Positions 48,690 through 58,987 are shown, numbered from the stretch's first letter. The stretch is 64,000 nucleotides of DNA from Candidatus Borrarchaeum weybense (GCA_019057385.1 JAHQJS010000007.1:747685-811684), one strand, 5' to 3'. The notes: generated from the letters alone by a model not told the origin. A program made the numbers and translations.

Positions 48690-49496
48690 ATGATAGAAAT
48701 TCTTCAGTACACATTTATGAGAAATGCGCTGATGGCAGCCGTTTTGGTAAGCATAGTTTGTGGAATCATCGGCACCTATGTAGTTATAAAAAGAATTGTC
48801 TTTATTAGTGGTGGCATTTCTCATGCCGCATTTGGGGGAATTGGGTTAGGCTTTCTGCTTGGAATAAATCCAGTTCTGGCTGCTATCCCTTTTAGCATAT
48901 TAGCTGCACTTAGTATTGGAACTATTAGTAAAAAAGTAAAAGTGAGTGAAGATACCGCTATTGGAATAATATGGACAGTAGGTATGGCATTAGGTATCCT
49001 ATTTATTCAGTTAAGTCCAGGCTATGCACCAGATCTGTTTAGCTATCTGTTTGGAAGTATCCTTACAGTTCCTTCTTCTGACTTGATTATGATGCTAATT
49101 TTAGATATAATAATTATTCTGACCACACTAGTACTCTACAAGGAATTTTCAGCAATATCATTCGACGAAGAATATTCAACGGTTATTGGTGTTCCAACGA
49201 AATTATCATATTTGCTGCTCATGTGTTTGGTCGGACTGAGTGTTGTTGTCCTAATAAGAGTCGTCGGAGTGATATTGGTTATCGCTTTGTTAACAATTCC
49301 AGCAGCGATAAGTAGACAATTTGTCTATAACGTTAAAAACTTAATGCTCCTTTCAATCATTATTGGACTTGTTCTAACTGTAACTGGTTTATGGCTCTCT
49401 TACGTACTCGATTTAGCTTCAGGAGCAGTCATTGTTTTAGTTTTAGGTGCATCTTTTCTTATATCTTCGTTTTTAAAACATTCTGTGCAAAGTTAA
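48690..49496 (+). CDS. znuB: Zn/Mn ABC transporter permease
   Basis: [37 protein letters not shown]. Confidence 0.9.
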   Translation: MIEILQYTFMRNALMAAVLVSIVCGIIGTYVVIKRIVFISGGISHAAFGGIGLGFLLGINPVLAAIPFSILAALSIGTISKKVKVSEDTAIGIIWTVGMALGILFIQLSPGYAPDLFSYLFGSILTVPSSDLIMMLILDIIIILTTLVLYKEFSAISFDEEYSTVIGVPTKLSYLLLMCLVGLSVVVLIRVVGVILVIALLTIPAAISRQFVYNVKNLMLLSIIIGLVLTVTGLWLSYVLDLASGAVIVLVLGASFLISSFLKHSVQS

Positions 49497-49663
49497 GAGA
49501 CGCCTGATGAAGCAATTTCTCCAAGTGAGGTATCTCACCTTACCTCTTCAAGGAAGAGGTATAATTTACTCTCCTCTATGAATTAACCTTGCCAAGTCAT
49601 AAAAGAAGTTCTATAAAATAAAATTAATCATATAAACGATTTTGTACTTTGTTTTCTATTTGA

Positions 49664-50233
49664 CTATATAAAGAGGAAATATCGAGGAACACGTTGTTTA
49701 TATCGCAAGAAAGATTCCCCGTATTTCTTCTCCAGGAATGATTCTTCAAGTAGAACAGCTTTGTGACTAAGTATTATCCACCAAATTAGTATAACAAGAA
49801 GCAAAATACCTGATACTGATAGCGTCCAACCCATCAAACAAAGTGCTAAATAAAACAATGATGCGCCTAAATACATTGGATTCCTCGAATATCGATAAAT
49901 TCCCGTGGTATTTACCCCTTTAGTGAATTGCGCAAATGAGTACATAGCAATTACATTCAAGACAATTCCTATGATATAAACCGGTAATCCAAGCCAAAAT
50001 AGTGGTCCAATGTTAATTGGCGTTAAAATACTGATAATTAAAATTACTAAGAGAAATATCCTACTAATTAATCCGCATTTCTTGCCACTAGGGGATTCAT
50101 AAAAGTCAGGATCTTCAATAGGGCTTCCTCGCTTTCGATCAGTAAGTATCATTAAAGCCCATATTAGACCGTATCCCACAACAAGGAAGATCCACAAGTT
50201 GTAAAGACCTAATTTTAGATTCAATTCTATCAT
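49664..50233 (-). CDS. Isoprenylcysteine carboxyl methyltransferase/PEMT family membrane protein
   Basis: TTGIYRYSRNPMYLG, EESFL..KYG..F..YK..VPRY. Confidence 0.88.
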   Translation of the reverse strand: MIELNLKLGLYNLWIFLVVGYGLIWALMILTDRKRGSPIEDPDFYESPSGKKCGLISRIFLLVILIISILTPINIGPLFWLGLPVYIIGIVLNVIAMYSFAQFTKGVNTTGIYRYSRNPMYLGASLFYLALCLMGWTLSVSGILLLVILIWWIILSHKAVLLEESFLEKKYGESFLRYKQRVPRYFLFI

Positions 50234-50333
50234 AGAATCTCCTCAATTTATATTTAGGGGAATTCTCAAACCAATGGACATCAATGAGGAGTTAACCAAT
50301 TCTGTTATAAAAAATTTTGGAATGTGGAGTTTT

Positions 50334-50978
50334 CTAACGCTCAGTTCGATTACGATATAAAATCATTAACGTTCCAGCTACACCAACTACTACTTCACCA
50401 ATGTCTGCCCAGACGTGGAAAGTCGTCACAGCATAAATCCCCGTCAGTGACCAAATAAGGGGAATCACTAAAACAAATAGAGAGATCCTTTTATTTGTCC
50501 CTAACAGCAGTCCGAAGGTGAAAATACAAATCGGACAAGGAGCACCGAAAATTGGTCCAGAAGGATAGCTATGCCCAGTAAAATATCCTATAAGTGGATA
50601 AATGACTAATGCGTATATTATGAAAATCGTCCCGACAAGGGAATATTTGTTTCCCTCGATTTTGAAAGATAAGGATGGTTTATATATACCGAAAACCAAG
50701 AATATCAAGCCTTGCAGGATGAATAGTGCGCCAAATAGAGAATATAAAGGAAAAATTGGGCTAAAGAATATTATGAAAAAGACGATTCCTGCCCACAACC
50801 AAAGAAAAGCTAGCATACCAGAAATGGTTTTATCAGAATAACTGGTTTTCTTTATAGCTAGGATCACTACGGCTACTCCTATCAAATAAATGATGATTAC
50901 CATCGGCCAAGTGGCCTCATGATACGTTTTAAACCCTTCAAAAAATGCTTCAGGACTAACAGAAGGGAATTCAGCCAT
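50334..50978 (-). CDS. DUF6064-like polytopic membrane protein
   Basis: LWLWAGIVFF, GALFILQG, YPLIG...GAPCPICIFTFGLL, IPLIWS. Confidence 0.75.
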   Translation of the reverse strand: MAEFPSVSPEAFFEGFKTYHEATWPMVIIIYLIGVAVVILAIKKTSYSDKTISGMLAFLWLWAGIVFFIIFFSPIFPLYSLFGALFILQGLIFLVFGIYKPSLSFKIEGNKYSLVGTIFIIYALVIYPLIGYFTGHSYPSGPIFGAPCPICIFTFGLLLGTNKRISLFVLVIPLIWSLTGIYAVTTFHVWADIGEVVVGVAGTLMILYRNRTER

Positions 50979-51068
50979 TTACTAATCCTCCTATTGAACT
51001 GGGAAATTTAGGTTGCCTAAAGTTTAGGATCCTCATATTTAACATTTTGAAAACTTTACTCCTACTCT

Positions 51069-51701
51069 TTAGGGTGAGGTCGTTGACGTTTGTCTTGTGA
51101 GCTTCGGAAAGAATTTTCCTACTCTCTGTTTATAGTTTTCATATTTTTCTTTATGCACTTTTAATAAATATTGCTCCTCAAAATTAGCCTTTGAATTGTA
51201 TACAAGGACATTGCACACCAAGTTAACCAATGACAATAGATTCGGTACAATGAAAAAAAGTCCAATTACGAACAAGATCACTGATAAACCTATTGGATGC
51301 CGAATATGGGCATATATTCCATGAGTAACTAAATTAGTTCTCTCTTTGGGAAGCATCATCCTAAAATTAACACCTAAAGTCAGGATGCCAACTGTTTCGA
51401 GCACAAATCCAAAGCCAATTATAGCCATCCCCATAATTTGAAAAAATTCATTGAATATTAAAGGAATTTTCAAAAACCAATTGGCACTATCCTCATTGAT
51501 CACATAAAGAATTATTATACCTATAAACAGCAAACTACTTAAACTCGCAAATATCCTTTTTCCGCTAGGATATCCACCAGCTACGCCTTTTGAATCTTTT
51601 CCAGCACGTTTTGGTATGATTAAAGATATTAAAAATAAAACTAGATATAAGACTAAGTACCCCAGAAGAAATATTTGAATATAACTTAAATTCATCTTCA
51701 T
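51069..51701 (-). CDS. ICMT/PEMT family membrane protein
   Basis: LVTHGIYAHIRHP, EEQYL...YENYKQRVGKFFP. Confidence 0.88.
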   Translation of the reverse strand: MKMNLSYIQIFLLGYLVLYLVLFLISLIIPKRAGKDSKGVAGGYPSGKRIFASLSSLLFIGIIILYVINEDSANWFLKIPLIFNEFFQIMGMAIIGFGFVLETVGILTLGVNFRMMLPKERTNLVTHGIYAHIRHPIGLSVILFVIGLFFIVPNLLSLVNLVCNVLVYNSKANFEEQYLLKVHKEKYENYKQRVGKFFPKLTRQTSTTSP

Positions 51702-51994
51702 TGCCGCGTCCTTTTGTAAAAATTCTTCAAAATAACACTGTAGTGCTCCTAAAAGCTGATTTAATCGTAGTCTCTTCTTTTTTCCAACTAAGAAGAATTA
51801 GGTTTACCTAAAATTTAAAATGACGTGTATATAAATTTTTGGTATGCTTAAAATATATCTTAGCCTCGCAAGAAGACTCCATCCGCCTAATGATCTTTAT
51901 TACACTATATCAAATGATTTCTTATTATACTTCAATAAAAATAAGAAAAAGAGACTAAACGCTTATTTTATTTCCCAATTTTTTCTTAAAGGGA

Positions 51995-52189
51995 TTATTT
52001 ATAGCAACTGATGAATCTTTCGATTGTCCTGTCATATGTTTTTTCGACTTCTGGGGGAAATAAACAACCTGGCAATTCTCCACGGGCTTTGTGATAACTT
52101 ATGCATTCACAACAAAGACCTTTTTTCGAGCAAGGATAAGTACATCCACAATGTTCAATATTCTTGGATATGTTACAATCACGTTTCAT
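51995..52189 (-). CDS. Small Cys-rich protein (DUF6485-like)
   Basis: [20 protein letters not shown]...LPGCLFP...EKTYDR; GAGGT SD. Confidence 0.8.
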   Translation of the reverse strand: MKRDCNISKNIEHCGCTYPCSKKGLCCECISYHKARGELPGCLFPPEVEKTYDRTIERFISCYK

Positions 52190-53048
52190 TTAGTTTAACC
52201 TCTGAAAAATAATTTTGTGAGAACTCGTAAAGGATCCGTTTTAAAAACTTATCTTAGTTACAGTTACAGATTTGAACTATATCACAGCTTCAAGTCTTAG
52301 TTAGCTACAATGTCCTTATTGACAACGCGTTCTGTCAATTACATTAAAATGGAACTGGAAAAAAATCTTCTTGTTGGAAAGGATATCTATTTTTATTTTC
52401 TTTTTTATTTGTTCTTTTTCTATTTTCATCCGTTTTCACGTAAACTCAAACTCCTAAAGGTGCTACTTACATCTGTTAACAGAAACTAAGGAAACGATGG
52501 TAGAGTTCCAGAAAGAAGTTCTTGAGCGAGTTTTACAAGTTTCGATCTAAAATGAGGAGAGTCGAACTTATTTCGTCTTGCCCTTCTCAAAAGAAAGTAA
52601 CAAATAGATTCTACACGATCTTTTTTCGAATTAACATTCACTTTCAAAGCACCTCATAGATAAATACAGCAAAAGGTGTAATATAGAGAGGCAGAGGGTA
52701 AGATGAAACTGAATTCTTCATAAAAAGCGCGATTTAATTGCTATCTTAAATTATTAGAACTATCTGCCAATGATATTCTTAGAGGTTGCAAAGTAGTCAA
52801 AAAAATAGTGAGAACACTAAGAAAATACAAAAGAGAAGTCCATTACGATGAAGTCGTCCAATAAACGACGTTATTCGTTGTCCAAAAGGACGAAACATTA
52901 CTATCTGCTTGATAGCAATAACACGTACTAATAAATTCTTAGATTGCGGATAAAAACCTCAGAATCTATAAAAATATGATATACAACATCAAAGATAGAT
53001 ACAGTAGTAGATCGAATTCTTATTATCTGTATGTAGACATTATCGCCA

Positions 53049-53519
53049 GTGAGGAGCCTTTTTTGTATGAGAGAGGAACCAAATAAAGGGGACTTATGTA
53101 AACCGCAATGCTATATGCCATGTCCGTGTCTTAAGCATGAAAGTGACCAAGAAACGCTCTGTATCAATGGAGAAGAAGTTAAAGATGTCCAATTTGTGGA
53201 TCTCGGTTTCATACCAACCTGTATGTTTACTGATAAGGTTCCAGATAACTCACTTTGTTTAAACATAGTTTACTCAGACGAAAATGGCTTTATTAGATGT
53301 GGAACAAGTAAAAGACGCATCAAAGTTAGAAATAATCACATATCCACTGAAGACTATTTAAATGCACTAACACAAGTAAAAGAACTTTATAATGGAAATT
53401 CAATCAAGATTAATTCGTGTCCAGAATGTCTCTACAAAATCATTGTTAGTCAACTCGAACTGCAAGAAGAACAAAGAACCGAGGAGAAAGAGTATGTTAA
53501 CGCGTCTAGCAATTGTTGA
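53049..53519 (+). CDS. Cys-rich hypothetical protein
   Basis: CKPQCYMPCPC, further single Cys residues, CPEC; overlaps the next gene. Confidence 0.65.
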   Translation: MRSLFCMREEPNKGDLCKPQCYMPCPCLKHESDQETLCINGEEVKDVQFVDLGFIPTCMFTDKVPDNSLCLNIVYSDENGFIRCGTSKRRIKVRNNHISTEDYLNALTQVKELYNGNSIKINSCPECLYKIIVSQLELQEEQRTEEKEYVNASSNC

Positions 53520-53904
53520 TCTCACAAATAATGATATTTTGCTCCCAGTTTCATTTTTAGAAGATTTTAGGAAAAATAATTCACAAAAAGTAGCTATGGT
53601 TTATTCAAATCAGTCAAAAACAATACACTTTTTTTCTTTGAGGAATGGGACTGATTGGATCCTAAAAATCCAGATTGAGTTCTTTCCACCTATTCGATCC
53701 TCTAACGTTACAAAACTTCTAGAAATCTTAAAAGAACGTTTTGATCGAATTGTGTTTTCTACTGGGATCTGTAATTACGAAGATGATTGTTTATGGGAAG
53801 GTTATGCAACAAATCACTTATTACCAGATCTAGAAGTAGTTAAACAGGAACTTTCAGAAGTCCCAGAATTGAAAAAAATTGAATTAAATATACAAGAAGC
53901 ATAG
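53494..53904 (+). CDS. AbrB-like N-terminal + ACT-like C-terminal domain protein
   Basis: Start ATG 53494 after GAGGAG; DILLPVSFL...KVAMVY...IHF (swapped-hairpin-like); IVFSTGIC....CLWEGY ferredoxin-like half. Confidence 0.55.
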   Translation: MLTRLAIVDLTNNDILLPVSFLEDFRKNNSQKVAMVYSNQSKTIHFFSLRNGTDWILKIQIEFFPPIRSSNVTKLLEILKERFDRIVFSTGICNYEDDCLWEGYATNHLLPDLEVVKQELSEVPELKKIELNIQEA

Positions 53905-54407
53905 CTCTGATTATTCTTAGACCTATATGAAAAACCATTTTTTAGTGATTTTAGATTTCGTTATTAGATTTTTTTGTATAATATCTTTTTTGTCGGGTTA
54001 TTTCTCGTAAACCGAAATACGCGATGAGTGCGCGCAGATATAAATATATTGTTTTTCAAAATAAAGGTAAAATATGAATTTTTTTAAAATTTTAATTTTT
54101 TAATCGGATTCTTTTTCGAAATAAAGTTTTCAATAATAAAACATTTGTATTTTAAACTATCTTTTTATACAAATAAAAGTATTCTTAGTGACATCATTTT
54201 CATTATATTAAGTTTTTAACTGATATACATTAAATAAATGGCTATTTTTGTCTCTTATACCCTAGAAATAGTAATATAACTGATTTAAGAAAACTTTACT
54301 TTGTAATTAAGTGGGTTTGCATAAACAATAGTAATTTACTGGTAACTCAAGACATTGAAGTCAATTAAGTTTTTCTTGTTTGCGCGCTCAAAATAGATCT
54401 CAAACTG

Positions 54408-54449
54408 TTCGAACTATTTTTTATCTTCGAAGTATTCGAAGCATTCGAA
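54408..54449. promoter_or_regulatory. Four TTCGAA palindromes on a 9-bp grid abutting a TATA-like box
   Basis: TTCGAA at 54408, 54426, 54435 and 54444, followed by ATATTTAT. Confidence 0.6.
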
Positions 54450-54536
54450 ATATTTATGAATAGGAACAGAATAATTGTATAATTAGAACAACAGCTTATC
54501 TGAAATCCTATTTAATTATCTTGAAGGTATAAAAAA

Positions 54537-55694
54537 TTGCCCCCTATTAACAATAAAACTATATTGGAAGGGTTCAAAAAGGGGCAAGCTTTAGGTCGAA
54601 AAGCACTTTCGTCTTATGTAAGGTGGGGCTTTTCAGATCAACCGTTTCAAAAAGATCTCGTTTACTCATTTGATGAGTTCTATGTTGATTTTCAGACTCA
54701 AGATTTTTCTGTATGGCTTGGGGCAATTAGCAAACTCTCCAAAGAAGTAAATAAAAAAGCAGCGCTTATGATAGGTCCCATGTATATTGGAAAAACTACG
54801 CTCATTAGAAAAGTAGCGAACGTATTAAATAGAGAATATATCCCTACAAAATGCATTTCTGTTCCTAAAACAATAAATGGCTTTATCCTCCAATTAAGAC
54901 GTGAGGATCTAATTGACACACAACTGATTTTTTTGGATGATTCAGATATACTATTTAATGACATCTCAATGATTATAGATGAGATTTCTCAGAATATTGA
55001 GGCAGAATACACAATAATACTTGCCATTTCGCCATCTACATACTTATGGCTTTGGAAAAATGAACCTGCCATGCTGGATCAACATATTCTTGACTCTTAC
55101 AAATTAAGGACTTTTGATCAGGATACGACTATAGATCTTCTTCAAAGAAGAATTGACCATTTTAAAGAAGGAACTAGCCCACAGGCATTTTCTAACGATG
55201 CTTTAGCAAAAATAGCTTATTATGCAATGGGATTACCGGGCTTGGCACTAGAACTAGCAGAGAGTTGTCTTGATTTTGAAATTGAAACCATCACAACAGA
55301 TTATGTTGATGGAAGGGCAAAAGAACTCAATTATGAAATCGCAAAAAGAATTGCAGAAGGAGATCATGAGTATTGGAAAGGATCACGTGGCGAGATATTA
55401 AGAGAACTAGCAATTTCACTTAGCCCAGTTGAACAACAACAATTGAAAGAGTTACGGGGTGCTCGTAAAAAAGAGAATTTAATTGAATTAGAAGGAACGA
55501 GTAGTGCTGAATTAGTTGAGCGAATTAGTCTATCGAGTCAAGGAACAACTTCATATCATCTCAAAAAATTGATTGAAGGAGGAATTGTAAAACAAACCAA
55601 AGTAGGACGTAATCAAATATACACGATTCACTCTACAATAAGCAACGCTGTTGAGTTAGCCTTAATGTCATCAGCAATGATCAATTCATCTTAA
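54537..55694 (+). CDS. AAA+-like P-loop ATPase with C-terminal winged HTH (Cdc6/Orc1-like or STAND-like architecture)
   Basis: GPMYIGKTT, LIFLDD, FSNDALAKIAYYAMGLPGLALELA; HTH SQGTTSYHLKKLIEGGIV. Confidence 0.8.
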   Translation: MPPINNKTILEGFKKGQALGRKALSSYVRWGFSDQPFQKDLVYSFDEFYVDFQTQDFSVWLGAISKLSKEVNKKAALMIGPMYIGKTTLIRKVANVLNREYIPTKCISVPKTINGFILQLRREDLIDTQLIFLDDSDILFNDISMIIDEISQNIEAEYTIILAISPSTYLWLWKNEPAMLDQHILDSYKLRTFDQDTTIDLLQRRIDHFKEGTSPQAFSNDALAKIAYYAMGLPGLALELAESCLDFEIETITTDYVDGRAKELNYEIAKRIAEGDHEYWKGSRGEILRELAISLSPVEQQQLKELRGARKKENLIELEGTSSAELVERISLSSQGTTSYHLKKLIEGGIVKQTKVGRNQIYTIHSTISNAVELALMSSAMINSS

Positions 55695-55754
55695 TAAAGA
55701 AATATGATGTTCCATTGTTATGAAATTTTGGGAGAGAAAAGAAGAGGTTTATAA

Positions 55755-57023
55755 ATGGCAATTATTGATCAAAAAAAGTTCCTCGCTTCAATAAAGAAAG
55801 GATTAACTCTTGGAACAAAAGCTCTCTCCCTGTATCAATTATTTGGTTTTCGTGAACGACCTTTTAAGGAAGATTTGATTGAAAGAAATAGTTACTTATT
55901 TGTCCCTCCGCAATTATTTTACGAACATAGCCAAAGTCTAGCATCATGGATCACAGCCTGTCATTCCGCTGGCAAGAATGGACTGATAATAGGACCGCCC
56001 GATGTTGGAAAATCAACCTTAGCAAAATTTTTTGTTGAGGAATTGGTCAAACTTGCAGAAGAAATAAGGATTAAATGTCACTATATTCAATTAAAGGGTT
56101 TGACGGAAGCTTCTGAAACAAATCAAAACCCAGAAGAAGTTGTTATAGGTAGTCCACATTCAATTGGGTTAATAGCTGAACTAGAGAATAGAAATTTAAC
56201 TGAAACTGATATTCTCTTAATTGATGATATTGAAACAGGTTTACAAAAAGAAAACTTCATAGACGAACTCTTACGATATATGCGATCCAAAAACCAAACC
56301 ATTATTGGTATTACAACTCCTTCAGTGCCTTCAGAACTTATTGATATTTTTGATGATGTTTACAAGATAAAGTCTATTGAATTCGATACCATTGTAAAAA
56401 TATTGAAGACAAGAATATTGTATTACAAGGAAAATGATGATAAAAGAAATAACACCTCGGATTTGACTCCTTTTACTGATGCGGCAATTAATAAGATTGC
56501 AGAGTATTCAATGGGGTTGCCAGGTCTCGCTCTAGATTTGGCAGATTCATGTTTACGAGGAATCTCTAATGCGAAAGAAATTACCCCAGAAAGTGTTGAT
56601 CTCATAGCTGAAGAATTACAATACCCAATTGCTAAAGATATAGAAATGGGGCAAGGTATAGGCTATTTTGAAGTGGAAGGTGGAGAAAAGAAAAGAAAAG
56701 AATTGAATTTGAGTCTAACTGATAGTAAGGCAAGTATTTTGAAAGAAATTCTTTTTCAATCACGAATACATCCTGAAAAACCAGGAATTACAAATACTAA
56801 ACTCTCAAAGAGCACCAGGATTTCTATTCAAGCTCACACAATTTCTTATCATACAAACATCTTGGAAAAATGTAAGATCTTAGAAGTTCAAGAGGGGCTG
56901 CGGGAAAAGAAAAGAGGAAATTTCAGATATTTTACAGTAAAAAAGCCGATAATGAATGCTATCGAATTAAAAATTCTATCTCAAAAACCACCGACATCTT
57001 CAGAGGTGATAGTAAAGCGTTAA
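55755..57023 (+). CDS. AAA+-like ATPase with C-terminal wHTH; tandem paralog
   Basis: GPPDVGKST, ILLIDD, FTDAAINKIAEYSMGLPGLALDLA; TISYHTNILE. Confidence 0.8.
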   Translation: MAIIDQKKFLASIKKGLTLGTKALSLYQLFGFRERPFKEDLIERNSYLFVPPQLFYEHSQSLASWITACHSAGKNGLIIGPPDVGKSTLAKFFVEELVKLAEEIRIKCHYIQLKGLTEASETNQNPEEVVIGSPHSIGLIAELENRNLTETDILLIDDIETGLQKENFIDELLRYMRSKNQTIIGITTPSVPSELIDIFDDVYKIKSIEFDTIVKILKTRILYYKENDDKRNNTSDLTPFTDAAINKIAEYSMGLPGLALDLADSCLRGISNAKEITPESVDLIAEELQYPIAKDIEMGQGIGYFEVEGGEKKRKELNLSLTDSKASILKEILFQSRIHPEKPGITNTKLSKSTRISIQAHTISYHTNILEKCKILEVQEGLREKKRGNFRYFTVKKPIMNAIELKILSQKPPTSSEVIVKR

Positions 57024-57075
57024 TTTGTATCATTGGAAAGTCAAATTGAAAAATCGTAGGTTTGAATGATAAAGA

Positions 57076-57182
57076 GGGCCAACTGGGTGAGTTAGCCAAC
57101 CCCAATGGCTAACCCAGTTTCCCCAATAAAAATGTATCGATTAGAAACAATCTATGGTTAACACTGTCCTACCAGTTAGCCC
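57076..57182 (-). ncRNA. Candidate ~107-nt structured small RNA
   Basis: 5' GGGCUAACUGG pairs with 3' CCAGUUGGCCC (11 bp; the G-U pair works only on the minus strand); inner GUUAGCCA/UGGCUAAC hairpin; TTTATGCA box at 57206-57213 about 24 nt upstream. Confidence 0.45.
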
Positions 57183-57330
57183 ATTTTATATTTAGTATAC
57201 TTCTATGCATAAATATCTTATCGTTCTGGTTAACTACGGGCGCGCTGAAGAGGGGTAACGGGGGACCGTTTAAACCACTTAAACATTAATAAATTAAATA
57301 TTAAAATTAGAAAAGAAAATTAAGTTTGTC

Positions 57331-57525
57331 TTGAAGTGTTTAAAAACCGATAAAAAAGTGGTACATATGGAAAAAAAGAAAAAAAGCAATTTCTATAAGA
57401 AAAGCAAAGAGAAATTGGATTTAAACAAGTTCAAATTACGTTTGAGGGAAATAAGAACACGTACTCAAGTAGAAGTAGAAATCGCTGACTTATGGGAAAT
57501 TGCAATGTGGACCGGACAAAAATAA
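57331..57525 (+). CDS. Small basic hypothetical protein
   Basis: Lys-rich ORF; likely start ATG 57367 after GTGG. Confidence 0.35.
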   Translation: MKCLKTDKKVVHMEKKKKSNFYKKSKEKLDLNKFKLRLREIRTRTQVEVEIADLWEIAMWTGQK

Positions 57526-57570
57526 TTAACTGCCCCTAAATTAAGAACTGCCTCCTCTCGGTGTTTTAAC

Positions 57571-58068
57571 GTGAAAATAACCGATAAGAGATTTGAAGAG
57601 ACGATCGAAAGAAGAGTAATAGTAGAAGAAACGATCGAAAGAAAGATTATCGAAAACTCAATCGAAGAAAGAGTTGCGATGTTAGAAAACAAATTTGAGG
57701 AATATATATTTCTTTCAGATGAACAAATTAAGGAAATTAGAGATTTAATTCAGTTATATTATGATATCTATGGTAATAAAAGAATCTGGAGCATACTAAG
57801 ACATGAATGTAAGTTCAGTAAATTAGAAAGAGCCCCAAGATATAAGTTTCCAATAATAACAAAAATTCTATATGATTTTGTAGGCTATCATGAACCTAAA
57901 CAAGAAGATCATCCCAATAATAAACAGAATTACTACGTGGGCGATAATGGGAAATTCATGGAAGATAAAAACTCGTTTTTGGCAAATAAAAAGAAAAAGC
58001 ACCATAAAAAGAGAGTTGTAGACACTTCAGGATGCCCAAGCATTTTAAGTTTTACTTTTCAAGAATAA
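57571..58068 (+). CDS. ORF6C-like (phage antirepressor C-terminal) domain protein with repeated coiled N-terminus
   Basis: EERVAMLE...LSDEQIKEIRDLI...IWSILRHECKFSKLERAPRYKF resembles ORF6C; EETIER repeated. Confidence 0.5.
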   Translation: MKITDKRFEETIERRVIVEETIERKIIENSIEERVAMLENKFEEYIFLSDEQIKEIRDLIQLYYDIYGNKRIWSILRHECKFSKLERAPRYKFPIITKILYDFVGYHEPKQEDHPNNKQNYYVGDNGKFMEDKNSFLANKKKKHHKKRVVDTSGCPSILSFTFQE

Positions 58069-58156
58069 GAATTCTGTCTAAACAATAGACTTTTATCTCT
58101 ATCTAGTTTTGTTTGAAACTAAGGATTTAGACTTTAGTAATCAGGGAGGAAATTAC

Positions 58157-58987
58157 TTGCATAAAGTTTCAGTAGAATTGATATTTACTGGAAATGAGCT
58201 CCTCATTGGGAAAACTCTGAATACAAACAGCCAGTGGTTAGCAAAACGAATTTATTCATTGGGAGCTCAAATCACCCGGATGATGAGTATTGGAGATACA
58301 CTAGATGATATTTCAACAGCTCTCTTAGAAGTAATAGGGAGAAAACCTGATATTGTAATTACGTCCGGAGGTTTAGGACCTACCTTTGATGATTTAACAT
58401 TGGATGCCGTAGCAAGAGCCACTAAGAGACCGCTAGAGCTGTCGCAAGAGGTATTAACTCTCCTTTACCAAATATACGAAGAAAAATACAAAAAAGGAAT
58501 TTCAAAAGAAAAAAAACTTTCAAAATATAAACGAAAAATGGCATATCTTCCCAAAGGAAGCATACCTCTGCCAAATAATGTAGGAACTGCACCTGGCGTT
58601 TTATTAGAGCTGGGAGAGGATAAGGGTATCAAATTGTTTTGTCTGCCAGGAGTCCCTGCTGAATTAAAAGCCATTTTTAACCAGAGCATTGCGGAAATAA
58701 TAGTGAAAATGACTGGAGATATTGAAATGGCTGAAGCACGATTTAAGACAGAGCAATTTATAGAATCAGAAATGGCAGCTTTGGTAGACAAAGTGACAAC
58801 AGCTTATCCTACCGTGTATATCAAAAGTCACCCACTCGGTTGGGAAGATACTGCTCGTGTAGAATTTCATCTTACATCAAAAGGGGAAAAGATTGAACAT
58901 ATTACAGAGAATGTAGAAAAGGCTACAGCTATGTTGAAGAAACTTGTTGTGAATGGTGGCGGAAAAATAATCGAAGAAACTGAGTAA
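58157..58987 (+). CDS. CinA N-terminal/COG1058 molybdopterin-binding-domain protein (ADP-ribose/FAD pyrophosphatase-like)
   Basis: GNELLIGKTLNTN, SGGLGPTFDDLT, GTAPG, LPGVPAE, VYIKSHP; TTG start after GGAGG. Confidence 0.88.
   Translation: MHKVSVELIFTGNELLIGKTLNTNSQWLAKRIYSLGAQITRMMSIGDTLDDISTALLEVIGRKPDIVITSGGLGPTFDDLTLDAVARATKRPLELSQEVLTLLYQIYEEKYKKGISKEKKLSKYKRKMAYLPKGSIPLPNNVGTAPGVLLELGEDKGIKLFCLPGVPAELKAIFNQSIAEIIVKMTGDIEMAEARFKTEQFIESEMAALVDKVTTAYPTVYIKSHPLGWEDTARVEFHLTSKGEKIEHITENVEKATAMLKKLVVNGGGKIIEETE

Noticed and set aside
49525-49562. Twin hairpins GTGAGGTATCTCAC and TACCTCTTC-AAG-GAAGAGGTA as an IS end or sRNA
   Set aside because: They lie between convergent genes and are adequately explained as a terminator-region structure; similarity to IS ends is too weak.
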